Positions 53,320 through 63,545 of a stretch of 64,000 nucleotides of DNA are shown here, one piece after another. Under the pieces are notes generated by a model. It ran no database searches, was not told the origin of the DNA, and worked only from the letters and a program-made list of their open reading frames with translations. Position numbers and translations under genes: made by a program. The number at the start of each line of letters is the position of its first letter. The first letter of the stretch is position 1. The stretch spans positions 171,733 to 235,732 of the forward strand of contig CAWALK010000001.1 of the NCBI GenBank assembly GCA_963782915.1, read 5' to 3'. The stretch comes from an uncultured archaeon (lineage in GTDB: Archaea > Thermoproteota > Bathyarchaeia > Bathyarchaeales > Bathycorpusculaceae).

Positions 53320-53898
53320 TTGAAGATACTAAATGTGGGCTATCGATCAGTCAACTGCTACCTCATAGTTACAGAGAAGGCAAAACTGCTAGTTGATGTC
53401 GGCTGGCCCAGTGGCATGCAGGAACTCAAATGGAGCATGGCAAAGGAAGGTTACTCGGTTAAAGATGTTACGCATGTTTTGGTTACCCATTATCATATGG
53501 ATCATGGCGGCATCGCTCAGGAAATGAAGGATAAAGGCGCAAAACTCATAGTCATGGAAAGCCAAAAAGCGTATCTAAACGAACAGAAGAAATTCATTAA
53601 GCCACCCATGGTTTTCCGTGAAATCAAACCTGAAGGCAACTTTGAGTTGGCATTCAGCGACAGCAGAGGCTTCCTAAAAACGCTCGGTATTAATGGCGAA
53701 GTCATCTCAACCACTGGGCATAGCGCCGACCATATTACACTTGTCCTTGACGAAGGCATCGCTTTTACAGGAGATTTGTCGCCTGAGAATGCTTCAGAAG
53801 TAGGATCAGATGCCTATAGAGATTGGCGGCATCTTAGGGCGTTGGGGGTAAAGCGGCTTTTTCCCGCTCACGGAATGTATGACGTTGCTTTGGCTTAA
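53320..53898 (+). CDS. Metallo-beta-lactamase fold hydrolase
   Basis: THYHMDH, GHSADH, TGD and PAHG motifs. Confidence 0.92.
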   Translation: MKILNVGYRSVNCYLIVTEKAKLLVDVGWPSGMQELKWSMAKEGYSVKDVTHVLVTHYHMDHGGIAQEMKDKGAKLIVMESQKAYLNEQKKFIKPPMVFREIKPEGNFELAFSDSRGFLKTLGINGEVISTTGHSADHITLVLDEGIAFTGDLSPENASEVGSDAYRDWRHLRALGVKRLFPAHGMYDVALA

Positions 53899-53932
53899 AA
53901 TTTCGGTTCTGTTTTCTAACTTGGAGGTTTTG

Positions 53933-53967
53933 GCTATAAATAGAGGGGGGATAGGCTCCCAAGAGCA
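53933..53967 (-). repeat. Dispersed motif family B copy between convergent genes
   Basis: Minus strand TGCTCTTGGGAGCCTATCCCCCCTCTATTTATAGC. Confidence 0.5.
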
Positions 53968-54061
53968 AAAGACCCTTTTTTGATTTGGCAAAATAGCAAT
54001 ATAATTTAGAGCAGCATTTGCAGCCGCTGAACTTAAAACCGCATAAAAAACCAAACAACCA

Positions 54062-54403
54062 CTAAGGCGAAAACTCATCGAGCAAATCATTAAGCTGCGC
54101 AAACAACTCCAAAAAACGATAACCCTTCTCGGTTGTTGAGTACTTGTTTAGTCTTTTACCAAGCAACCCCTGAGAAGTCAACGAATCCATATGATTCTTC
54201 AATTGACCATAATTCAAGTTAGTGTTATACATGATGCTGGTTTTGGTTTTCTGCTGCTCACAAAACAGCAGTATCTCAGCGATAATATCCAGCTTCCCTC
54301 TTCGTTGCCCTTTGATGTTGCTTCTTTCCCTCTCATGCTTAAGCAGAGCAAACTGGAGCTCATGAGAATTCAACTTGGCCATTCCCGCGGCGTTGCTTGT
54401 CAC
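54062..54403 (-). CDS. Archaeal winged-HTH regulator (HTH_45-like)
   Basis: RGKLDIIAEIL...KTSIMYNTNLNY...TTEKG. Confidence 0.88.
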   Translation of the reverse strand: MTSNAAGMAKLNSHELQFALLKHERERSNIKGQRRGKLDIIAEILLFCEQQKTKTSIMYNTNLNYGQLKNHMDSLTSQGLLGKRLNKYSTTEKGYRFLELFAQLNDLLDEFSP

Positions 54404-54555
54404 CTAAACCTTCCTCAACTTAATTTTGTCTATGTGCGTTTTAGCACTTAAACGAATGTGATTGTACGCCAACAGCAACAACCAACCAAAACATCGCCAT
54501 CCTGACTTAACGGTTTAAATAAGTTAAACCTCTAAGTCTGCTTAGAGACGAAACT

Positions 54556-55428
54556 ATGAGCCCCAAACTACTGATTTACTCCGACGGCGGCGCAAGAGGC
54601 AACCCAGGGCCATCCGCAATAGCTTTCATAGCAACAAACGAGGCAGGCATAACAGTAAAAGCTGATTCAAGCTACATCGGCGTCCACACAAATAACCAAG
54701 CCGAATACAAAGCCCTGCTAATGGCGCTAAAATTTGCCGTTGAACAGAAAGCGCAGGAAGTCATCTGCCACTTAGACAGTGAATTAGTAGGCAAACAACT
54801 CAACGGACAATACGCTGTTAAAAACAATGGATTACTGCCACTCAACCTTGAAGTAAAGAAATTACTTGGTTGCTTTAAAAAAATCCAATTCGTCAATGTT
54901 CCAAGGGAGCATCCTCAAATACAGAGGGCAGACGCATTAGTCAATAGGGCGCTTGATGAAGCAGCCAAAAAGGGGTATCCCAAAATCGCTGAAGTATCCC
55001 GTAATGAGGCAGTCATTGGTGAGGGAAGCATGTTTGTCCACGCAAGCATACGAACCAGCAACATGGAACGTTCAATCGATTTTTACTCTCGATTCTTTGA
55101 CATGAAAGTTAAGAGCCGCCTAGACTTCAAGCGAACAGGCGCCAAAATCGTTTTCCTCCAAGATGCTCAGGGCAAAGGTTCCACGTTGGAATTAACGTTC
55201 TATGGCAGCCAAACAAAGTTTGTGCAGCCTGCTTTTGAGAGTCGACTGTTTGATCATTTAGGCTTCGAAGTGCAAGACATACACCAAACTATTTCAGCCA
55301 TGAAAAAAGAAAAAGTAACTATTACTGATGAACCGTTTATGCTTGATGCTAACACCATACTTGCTTTCGTAGAAGACCCTGATGGAACACGAATCGAATT
55401 AATCGAGCACAAAAAGCCTTATTCGTAG
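54556..55428 (+). CDS. rnhA: RNase HI fused in frame to a VOC/glyoxalase domain
   Basis: DGGARGNPG, TNNQAEY, LDSELV and ADAL; then HASIRTSNMERSIDFY...HLGFEV...FVEDPDGTRIELIE. Confidence 0.88.
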   Translation: MSPKLLIYSDGGARGNPGPSAIAFIATNEAGITVKADSSYIGVHTNNQAEYKALLMALKFAVEQKAQEVICHLDSELVGKQLNGQYAVKNNGLLPLNLEVKKLLGCFKKIQFVNVPREHPQIQRADALVNRALDEAAKKGYPKIAEVSRNEAVIGEGSMFVHASIRTSNMERSIDFYSRFFDMKVKSRLDFKRTGAKIVFLQDAQGKGSTLELTFYGSQTKFVQPAFESRLFDHLGFEVQDIHQTISAMKKEKVTITDEPFMLDANTILAFVEDPDGTRIELIEHKKPYS

Positions 55429-55820
55429 AATTTTGGTCTAGCCCGTTTGCTGTATTCCTCGATGGCTTTGGCTCTTTCATCTTCCTCTTTATCTTTCTCT
55501 TTAGCTTCTTCTTCGGCTGGTTGCGCAACGGCTTTTTCGAATTCTTCGTCAACGTTTTTGTAGCTGCCCTCCAATGCTGTTACGTAAGTTTTGAAATCAG
55601 CTAATGCGCTTTCGGCTTGCCGATGGGAAGTATGCACCTGTTCCGAGAGCAGTATTATGAGGTCAAGCATGGCACGTAGAGTCTGTTTGTCGCCGTCTGG
55701 TGCATGGTCATAGTAGCGTTGAAAAACGCTTAGTAAATCCATGAACATATCGTCAACTTCTTTGGTTTCTCTTTTGAAGAGGTTCTCGGAAGTTAACGAT
55801 TTAGTTTTCAAGGTTAGCAT
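55419..55820 (-). CDS. Hypothetical helical/coiled-coil protein
   Basis: Open frame, acidic helical composition; start uncertain. Confidence 0.6.
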   Translation of the reverse strand: MLTLKTKSLTSENLFKRETKEVDDMFMDLLSVFQRYYDHAPDGDKQTLRAMLDLIILLSEQVHTSHRQAESALADFKTYVTALEGSYKNVDEEFEKAVAQPAEEEAKEKDKEEDERAKAIEEYSKRARPKFYE

Positions 55821-56274
55821 GAGATTTTTAAGAAGAATACTAGAATCAGCGTGAGACAAAACAAAAACCCAATCTAGCTTATGCGTGCTGAGGAAGTTAT
55901 ATTTTTTGGTTAGACGATTTTGCGCCAATAATTTGTGCGCTAAACGTCTTTGGCTCTTGTTAGCGCCTTTGGTATCGTTGCCTTAGCGCCTTAACCTGTT
56001 TACAGTAAGAAAACGCTGTATTGTTTGAGTCTAATATCGATTGATTGCTATGGGTATGCGTATAAATTCCTTTCAATATTGCTTGAACAAAAACTTGTTA
56101 CCTCGCCACTTGATTAATATGTACCGAAAACGCAGTTTGTATGTAAAACTGTGTGGTAAACTGGGGTATCCGTGCCTTTGGTTTAAGCCCAGAAAAGTAA
56201 TTTGCGATCTTTGGGGTTGGCGGCGTCTTTTCTTGGCGGCAGAATGTAGATGGATGGTGTGAATTAGCCTGCGT

Positions 56275-57378
56275 TTGATGGGACGAAAAACGTTTGCGTT
56301 TATGGTTTTAGGTTTAGTAGCTTTTATTCTGTACTTGTGGCTTTTCGTCGGCTTCGATGGCTTGTTTACTCTTCTTAGCCAACTAAACGTGTACCAATAT
56401 TCACTCTTTATTGGCTTAGCAGTCGGTGCCCTAATCGCAGCAGTTATTTTCGATTCACTCATATGGAAAAGCCTCCTAAACACGCTATCCGTCAAAGTAA
56501 AGTTCCGAAAACTCCTCCTATTCAACTGGATTGGAAACTTTATCGAATTAATCATCCCTGGCGCCACCATCGGTGGAGAAGTCGCCCGCATCGCCTTAGC
56601 ACAAAAAGAAACCAACCACGATACAGGTATCGCCGCTGCAACCGTAATTGGGTCACGGATAATCAGTACGTTTGTGTATTCAGGCGGGTTACTGGTTGGT
56701 TTTCTTCTCCTCTTATTCACCCATCAACTCCCAGTCTACCTAATCACGCCAGTAATACTGGTAATTTTAGGAACATCCCTTGTCCTGCTTTGTATCTTCG
56801 GGATTGCCTTCAAAGAAGGGGCAGTTGACAAAATCGTCAACGTAATCATGTGGTTAACAAAGAGAGTGGTAAAGAATCCCCTTAAACAGGAATCGTTTAA
56901 GCTACGAATCCACCATGGCTTATCTTCCTTCAGTGAGGTTTTTAAAACCTTTAAAGATCATCCCCGACAACTCATTAAACCCACACTGTATGCCATCGCT
57001 GCATGGATGTTCAATTTGGTTGTTTACTTGATGATTTTCTATGCACTAAACTTCACTGCAATTTCAATAATTGACTTAGCAACCGTGTACTGCATTGTCA
57101 CCACAGTAGAAACCGTAACAGCGGGTATACCTGTGGGTGCAGTCGAAGTCACCATGGTAAGTATGTTCTCAATCTATGGCGTTCCTATCGCGATTGCGGG
57201 AGCTGCCACAACTATCGCCCGATTGCTGACTTATTGGTGCCAAGTTCTGGTTGGTTATCCATTGGTGGAGTGGATAGGTGTCAAGTCGCTGCTTCAGGGT
57301 AGTTTGAAGAATGTGTTTTTACCCAAACCGCAAGATTGTATCCCTCCGACTATCCCAAATGTGGTTTCGTCAGCGTAG
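56275..57378 (+). CDS. UPF0104 / lysylphosphatidylglycerol-synthase-TM (flippase-like) membrane protein
   Basis: IPGATIGGEVAR, GAVE and RLLTYW motifs. Confidence 0.88.
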   Translation: MMGRKTFAFMVLGLVAFILYLWLFVGFDGLFTLLSQLNVYQYSLFIGLAVGALIAAVIFDSLIWKSLLNTLSVKVKFRKLLLFNWIGNFIELIIPGATIGGEVARIALAQKETNHDTGIAAATVIGSRIISTFVYSGGLLVGFLLLLFTHQLPVYLITPVILVILGTSLVLLCIFGIAFKEGAVDKIVNVIMWLTKRVVKNPLKQESFKLRIHHGLSSFSEVFKTFKDHPRQLIKPTLYAIAAWMFNLVVYLMIFYALNFTAISIIDLATVYCIVTTVETVTAGIPVGAVEVTMVSMFSIYGVPIAIAGAATTIARLLTYWCQVLVGYPLVEWIGVKSLLQGSLKNVFLPKPQDCIPPTIPNVVSSA

Positions 57379-57425
57379 ATACGTTTCTTTATCTCATAGC
57401 TAAAAGTGGTTATTGTTACGGTTAT

Positions 57426-59960
57426 TTACTTGGTTTGGGTAGCCACTAAAACTCGCGGCTGGACAGTGTAGGGGTAAGCTTGCCACTTTAATGTCTCCTC
57501 CAACTGCTTGGCTTCAAGTGCATGTTCAAGGCGGCATGTGACGATTTTTTTCCTGTTCGGTATAAGGTCAAAAAAGTTATCGCTAAATTTTGCGTTTGTA
57601 TCCTCTATGTCTAGTTTGACGGCTTTAGCGTAAACCTGCGATTGGACAGTGATTTCGAAGGTTTTATCGTCAACCTTGTTGATTGCAGTTTGGATTTGTG
57701 GAGTGGGCAACTTCAAATCTTTAGGTTCAGCAACCGTTCTTACGTCTTCAGATACAATTTTCCCAGCGCTCTCCAGTGTCAGCAAAAGTAGGCAATTATT
57801 TTTTGTCGGTAAACTTTCTATGGCGTTCTCTATTGCCAACTCGGATGTATAGGCAGCTACATTTGTTTTGACTATTTGGTCATATAGTACTTCGCCGCTA
57901 AAAGTTATCACTTCAAGCTTAAGCGTTCCATCGACAGGCAGTGCTGTTTCGTTGATTACGAACGCTTTGACTTTGTCATCCTTAATTATTATTGGTGCAA
58001 TGATTGGTTGGCAAGCCCGTTTCACATAGTAATATGCTGCTTTTGGGTTTAAGCCGTAATCGATGAGGCTCCAGCTGATAACTGGCCAGCAATCATTAAG
58101 CTGCCAAATTAGGCATCCGCTGGTTTTGAACATGCGGCTACGCCAATGCGTCACCGCTGTTTTGAGGGCATCACCCTGATTGAGTTGGCTATAGAGCACA
58201 AAAAGCCGTAGATCCTCCGAGACTGGGTAATGTACCGCTAACAATGCACGCAGAAGTTCCAGGCCGCCTGTTTGTTTCTCATGAGCCTTAAACGCATACG
58301 AACGAGGCGTAAGGTCCTCTTTTTCTAGGTAAGCTGCCAGCAACTCTATCGTCGGAGGAGCTTGCCAGCCGAACTCTGAAATAAATCTGCCATTATCCTC
58401 TAAATAAGCTGGGTAATCGATGCCTTGACTCCATACTTCCCAGTTATGGCGGTCACCTTCATGTCTGCCTGCTGCGTCTTCACCGCCAAATGGCGAGCTT
58501 GGTCTGTAGGGTCTTGTTGGGTCTAAGCTTTGGCATGTCCTTGAGAGCAGAGACTCATAAATCGTCGAGCCGTATAAGCGCTCGACTTTGTCGCGTTGTT
58601 TCCAGAGCACATTATGAAGCCACTGGTTTTCGTTATTGCCGCACCAAACAACAATCGAGGGATGTCGCCGAAGCCGCAAAATAGCTTCCATGGCTTCCCG
58701 TTCTGCTTCTCTTAGGAACCATTCTTCTTCTGGGTAACCTGCGCAGACATACATGAAGTCCTGCCAAACCATGATACCCAATGCGTCACATAAGTCGTAG
58801 AATTCGTCTGCTTCATAGACTCCTCCGCCCCAGACTCGGAGCATGTTAAAGTTGGCGTCGGCTGCGTATGTTAGGAGTTTGTTGTAGAGTTGATAGTTTA
58901 CTTTTGGGAGGAAAGAATCGGCGGGTATCCAGTTTGCGCCTTTACAGAAGATGTTTTGACCATTGATTTTAAAAATGAAAGATTTTCCTTCCCCGTCTGG
59001 CTCCTCTACCAGCTCTATGCTTCTTATTCCGACTTTAATTGAGGTGTCATCGAGTAGTTCTGCGCCCGAATAAACCTTAACCGATGCGTCGTAGAGGCTG
59101 GGTTCGCCGTAGCCTCGGGGCCACCACATCTTTGGTTCCTCAACATCAAAAGTGTATTCCGCAAAGTTTCTACCTGCCGAAACTTTAACGTTAACTTCCT
59201 CTTCATATCTTTGGCCAAAGCCGCTGAGCAGAAACTTTACGCATAATTCCGCTTCTGCGGACCCATGGATTTCAGCGGTAACTTTCACTTTAGCTTTCTG
59301 CCCGGAAACCTCCAGAGGCGTAGCAGCAACATAGCCTAATCTCGCCTTGTTGTAAGCGTAGATTTTTGCTTCTCGCCATATGCCTGCGGTGGGCAATGTG
59401 GGTCCCCAGTCCCAGCCAAACGAGTACTGTGCTTTGCGAACGTATGGGCGTGCGCTAAAATTTTCTGCGCTAAGGCAGGCGTACTTGTGTTTATGCTGTG
59501 CTTCTAGGTCGCTTGCGACTTTGTAGACTGGTTTGAAGCGGATGGCGATGAGGTTTTTTCCAGTTTTTACCTCTTTTTTTATGTTGAAGCGCCATGGCGT
59601 GAACATGTTGTTTGCTTCGCCCACTTTAACATCGTTTACCCATATGGTGGCGAATGTGTCTAAGCCGCCGAAGAAGAGCTCAACTGTGTCTTTGTCTATG
59701 AGTTCTTGGGTTAAGTCGATTTCTTTTCTGTACCACCATTCGTTCTCGTTTACCCATTGCACTTCGCGTTCGTTGCAGCCTTTGAATGGGTCAGGAATAA
59801 GTTTGTTATCCATCAAGTTTGTGTGGGCGGTTAGTGGTGCTTCTGCTAGTAGCCAACCTTCTGGGCTGCATTTGGTGGTGTGTGCTCCCATTTCTTCTCC
59901 GTTGGCGCCTTTGTAGCCTTTGAATCTCCAGAGTCCATCTAAAGCTACTTCTGCTAACAT
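57426..59960 (-). CDS. Beta-mannosidase, GH2
   Basis: RKAQYSFGWDWGP, KGANWIP, RVWGGG, WCGNNE, FISEFG and WQLNDCWP motifs. Confidence 0.95.
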   Translation of the reverse strand: MLAEVALDGLWRFKGYKGANGEEMGAHTTKCSPEGWLLAEAPLTAHTNLMDNKLIPDPFKGCNEREVQWVNENEWWYRKEIDLTQELIDKDTVELFFGGLDTFATIWVNDVKVGEANNMFTPWRFNIKKEVKTGKNLIAIRFKPVYKVASDLEAQHKHKYACLSAENFSARPYVRKAQYSFGWDWGPTLPTAGIWREAKIYAYNKARLGYVAATPLEVSGQKAKVKVTAEIHGSAEAELCVKFLLSGFGQRYEEEVNVKVSAGRNFAEYTFDVEEPKMWWPRGYGEPSLYDASVKVYSGAELLDDTSIKVGIRSIELVEEPDGEGKSFIFKINGQNIFCKGANWIPADSFLPKVNYQLYNKLLTYAADANFNMLRVWGGGVYEADEFYDLCDALGIMVWQDFMYVCAGYPEEEWFLREAEREAMEAILRLRRHPSIVVWCGNNENQWLHNVLWKQRDKVERLYGSTIYESLLSRTCQSLDPTRPYRPSSPFGGEDAAGRHEGDRHNWEVWSQGIDYPAYLEDNGRFISEFGWQAPPTIELLAAYLEKEDLTPRSYAFKAHEKQTGGLELLRALLAVHYPVSEDLRLFVLYSQLNQGDALKTAVTHWRSRMFKTSGCLIWQLNDCWPVISWSLIDYGLNPKAAYYYVKRACQPIIAPIIIKDDKVKAFVINETALPVDGTLKLEVITFSGEVLYDQIVKTNVAAYTSELAIENAIESLPTKNNCLLLLTLESAGKIVSEDVRTVAEPKDLKLPTPQIQTAINKVDDKTFEITVQSQVYAKAVKLDIEDTNAKFSDNFFDLIPNRKKIVTCRLEHALEAKQLEETLKWQAYPYTVQPRVLVATQTK

Positions 59961-60077
59961 TTTGTTTTGCCCTCAATACTGCGAGGATGTTCGCCGCTAA
60001 TAATCTTATTCATCAAACACTAAAAAGTGCGTTGGTAATGAAACAAAAATAAAAAAGTTAACGCTAAATTGATTGAG

Positions 60078-60741
60078 TTACAAAAAATATGTAAACAAAC
60101 ACTTCAACGATGCAATGCTTATTCGCCAATTGGCCCGAATGGAGCCGCCGATTCTCGGTTGACTTCGCCTGGGTGGGGCTTCATATTTTATTTCGCCGAT
60201 TTTAAAGCCCTTCTTTTTGGCGAGGACTAATAATTCGCCGCCGAAAGTCTCTCCACCCGCCAATTCAGCATCGACAATCGCTTCTCTTTTATAAACCCTA
60301 AAATTGGAATAAAAATCTGAGACACCGCATAACCTGCCAAGTGTTCTTGCTGCCCATCTCTCAGAAAATCTTGGCAAAACTGTCCGTGAAGCCACCACCA
60401 AATCATAAACGCTTAGCTTCTCGACTGCTGAGGGTATTAGTTCGGGCGGGTTTTCCAAGTCAGAGTCAATAGTTACTATGATTGGGAACTTTGCGAGTTT
60501 TGCTCCGTAGAGTAAGCCTTTGGTTTGTCCTTCCCGTTTTTTCCCAACGGCTATGTCTGCTAATTGTTTGGCGACTTCTAATGTGCCGTCGGATGAGTTG
60601 TCGTCGATGACGATTATTTCATGCGGTGTAGCTGTTGAGTGTTGTGTTGATTCTTTGGATTAATTCTTGGATGTTTTCTTTCTCGTTCCATGTGGTTGTA
60701 ACTACAGATATGCCCTGTATGGCTGCAGTGTTGCCGCTCAT
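60078..60741 (-). CDS. Glycosyltransferase family 2 (DPM1-like), frameshifted
   Basis: SVVTTTWNEKENI, IDDNSSDGT and TIDSDLENPPE across frames. Confidence 0.85.
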
Positions 60742-60971
60742 AAGTAGGCTTAAGCGCGTCTTTGGTTATAAGCCGTATTGATATCTGTGCGATTTTTAGG
60801 TAAGCGCCATGGTTTATGAGCCTACTCGCCAAGCCATAACTCAAGCCCAACCATCATCATAAGCTTAAACGAGAAGTCTCAGGGTGACGTCTCCCGCGTC
60901 CCTCCTTCCCCCTCTTTTTCTGTAGTCTTCACCTGTTGTCTAGTCATCTGTGCAGTTTTGGAGGTTTCTTG

Positions 60972-61196
60972 ATGAAGCGTGTTCCTTGCGAGTTTACCCG
61001 AGATTGTGGGCTTAACGGCCTATTCTGCGATATTCATGCTGATCCTGATCAGTGTTTGAAGCATCGGCGTTTCTTGATTCGTGAAGGGATTATTCATCGG
61101 GCGGGTTGGGAGTTTAACCGCTTTGAGGCAGCCGATTTTGATCGATTCTGGAAAATGGTTGCGTTCTATTCGCGTTATCATTGCTTGCCCGAGTGA
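60972..61196 (+). CDS. Small Cys-rich hypothetical protein
   Basis: MKRVPCEFTRDCGLNGLFC...QC; GGAGG upstream. Confidence 0.6.
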   Translation: MKRVPCEFTRDCGLNGLFCDIHADPDQCLKHRRFLIREGIIHRAGWEFNRFEAADFDRFWKMVAFYSRYHCLPE

Positions 61197-61214
61197 ATTC
61201 GAGGAGTCAATCTG

Positions 61215-61331
61215 ATGGCCTCTATTCATTGTTGCTGGAAAAAATGCAAAGAAAAGTCTTGTCCTAGCCGCATGCGTGGGCGCCATTGCCCTAAACAAAA
61301 AAAAGTAAACGAGTTCCTGTTGGAGGCGTAA
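61215..61331 (+). CDS. 38-aa Cys-rich peptide
   Basis: Hand-translated MASIHCCWKKCKEKSCPSRMRGRHCPKQKKVNEFLLEA; GAGGAG upstream. Confidence 0.5.
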   Translation: MASIHCCWKKCKEKSCPSRMRGRHCPKQKKVNEFLLEA

Positions 61332-61334
61332 TTG

Positions 61335-61942
61335 TTGGGTAAGCCTAAACATATTCCGATGTTTGGGACAGTCTTCTCGTCCGTCTGGGTTGCAGGAGAA
61401 GAAGTGGCGGGTTCAGTCGAAGTGTTCTGAGGATAAGCAGCAGTCGGTTTTCTGTGTTGCTAACGAGAGTGTGGGGCTTAAGGAGAATCCGTCCAAGTTT
61501 GCTATGATTACTGAGAAGGGTATTGATCCATTTCTTAATGTCCGCTGCCCATTCTGCCTTAGTCACTTGCCGCTGACAAAGTTTCTCATTACTCGTTATG
61601 ATCGGAAGGGTAGGAGTAAGGGTTTTGATCGTGGTAAAGGCAAGTGCCCGGAGTGTGGTCAGGGTATGCGTTTGCAGACGCTTATGTCTATGCGGACTTG
61701 GATGTTAGCTAAGGCTCCTGAGGCAGGGTGTTTTGCTGTATGCTGCTTGGGTGTATGAGTACCGTAGGAGCGGCTTTTTTCAGAAAATAAAGTTTGCCCA
61801 GTTTAATTCGATGCTCAAGTCGATGGGTTGGAGCCGGGATTTTTGGGATGAGTATAAGCGGTTGAAGGGTGATTTGCCGTCGGCTGAGGAGCAGGATAGG
61901 GTTGATGATTTGTTTGCTGCTCAAGAGGAGGCGTTCCAATGA
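61335..61942 (+). CDS. Zinc-finger hypothetical protein, frameshifted
   Basis: CPFC...CPEC, continuing in another frame as YAAWVYEY...FWDEYKRLKG. Confidence 0.6.
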
Positions 61943-62151
61943 TTAGGAAGGCTAAAGATTCTGGTTCTTTGCTGAATTTTTACAGTGAAGAGCAAAAGAA
62001 GCGGATGCTTAATTTCCGCTCGGCTAGCGAACTCTTGCCCAAGGCTGATGCAGCTGCAGTGGTGCCTGTGGATCCTGTTAAGCCAGCTCCGACGCCGGAG
62101 GTTGTTGATCTCTGTGAGTTTGTGGGGGATTATGCGTTTTCCTGGTTCTAG
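61939..62151 (+). CDS. Small hypothetical protein
   Basis: ATGA overlap with previous gene; GAGGAGG upstream. Confidence 0.55.
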   Translation: MIRKAKDSGSLLNFYSEEQKKRMLNFRSASELLPKADAAAVVPVDPVKPAPTPEVVDLCEFVGDYAFSWF

Positions 62152-62280
62152 TGGCCGGCTTTGCGTGGATAAAACGTCTTGTCCTGCTCGTATCTATGGG
62201 AATGTAGAGTTTTATCGTATTTGCCCGACGCGTGTCTCTGAAGTTAAGAGAGAAAAGGGAGCAATTTAGGAGGTTTTTTT

Positions 62281-63309
62281 CTGACAAAAAAGATTGCAAT
62301 AGAAGTCAAAATTTTGCGCTTCAAAGTCAAAAGTCAAATTTGACTTCTCCACTGTTAGGACCCGCGTTCTTCCTATCCTCAAAGGTATTGAGGTGAAGAT
62401 GTATCCTGCAAAGATAGCGCGTTCTCGTAGGTTGGAGCAAGCAGAACGTCGATTACTATGTAAAAAAGATAGTTAAGGCAGGCTTGATTAAGCGAAAAAA
62501 GCGCAGCAATTTTGTTGATTACGAGCTTACGTCGAAAGGTCAAAATTTTCTCATATCATGTGAGGGTGTGTTGTTTAGTTCGGGTGTTTCGGTTCATCGG
62601 TGCTTTTTCAAGTATCCGCATTATCCGAGAGGGTTATATCCGTGAGGGTGGATTTCGTAAGGTTGAGATGGTGAATTGGACTGCTTTGCTTGGGGTGGAG
62701 CAGGGTGTTTCGGTGCGTAAGACTACGGCGTCTTGGATTGTGCATGTTGAGACTTTGTATGGTCGTTCGCCGGGGGAGTTGGTGACTTTGGCGAAGAATT
62801 TGGCTGACCAAGTCGCTCAGGGGTTGAAGAATAAGTATGGTGTTGTTTTGGGTGATGGCGAGATTAACAAGCGGCATGAATTGGGCATTGATGATCCAGT
62901 GGCGAATATGCTTAACCGCTATTTTATGGTGAGTGCTCCGAAGCGTCTCATCGATGACAGCCCAGGTGAAGACGAGGGTGAGCTGGATCATCTTGGCCGT
63001 GATGCTGCTGTTGAGTATTTGTTGATGCCTGAGCGTATGAAAAAAGTTGAAGGGCAGATGGATGGTTTTGCTGACTAAGTTGGACCAGATTTCTGAGGGG
63101 TTAAGAAGGTCGGGAGTTCTGAGGTGAAATCTGAGATTGCGGCATTGCGGGCTGATTTTGGTAAGTTGATGGCTGCTTTGTCTGTCGCGGTTTTTCTTGG
63201 AGCGGTTGTTCCTGATTTGGAGGCGGGTCAGCCAAAAGGCGGATTGAGGGCGTCAGCGGAAGGGTGGCGGAGGTACGAAAAGATTAAAATGTATCATAAG
63301 ATTTTATGA
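62281..63309 (+). CDS. wHTH-containing putative replication/DNA-processing protein, multiply frameshifted
   Basis: Stitched frames: YPAKIAR..GWSKQNVDYYVKKIVKAGLI...YELTSKG (wHTH), HRCFFK, IDDSPGEDEGELD, coiled-coil tail; start and end approximate. Confidence 0.55.
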
Positions 63310-63545
63310 TAAGGATTCAGTTAGCCAGCTCCGCGAAAAAAAAAAAAAAAAAAAAAAAAAAAAAGCAAAAATGTTTTTGGTAGTAAAAAGCCGCTCAGAA
63401 CGTTTAGAGGGCACTTTTTGGGCGGTTTTTCATGGACTTTTCCCATGCTTCGGGAAGTGCCGTTTTGAGGGTTGCCGATGTAGACTACAGACGGTCAGTT
63501 CTACCGTTCGTGAAGTTAACGAAACATTGGAGTGTGCATTCTGTG

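Noticed and set aside
55920-56270. Short repeats (TTAGCGCCTT x2) and ORF 56041-56262
   Set aside because: Too short and too few to distinguish from chance; the ORF has no supporting features.
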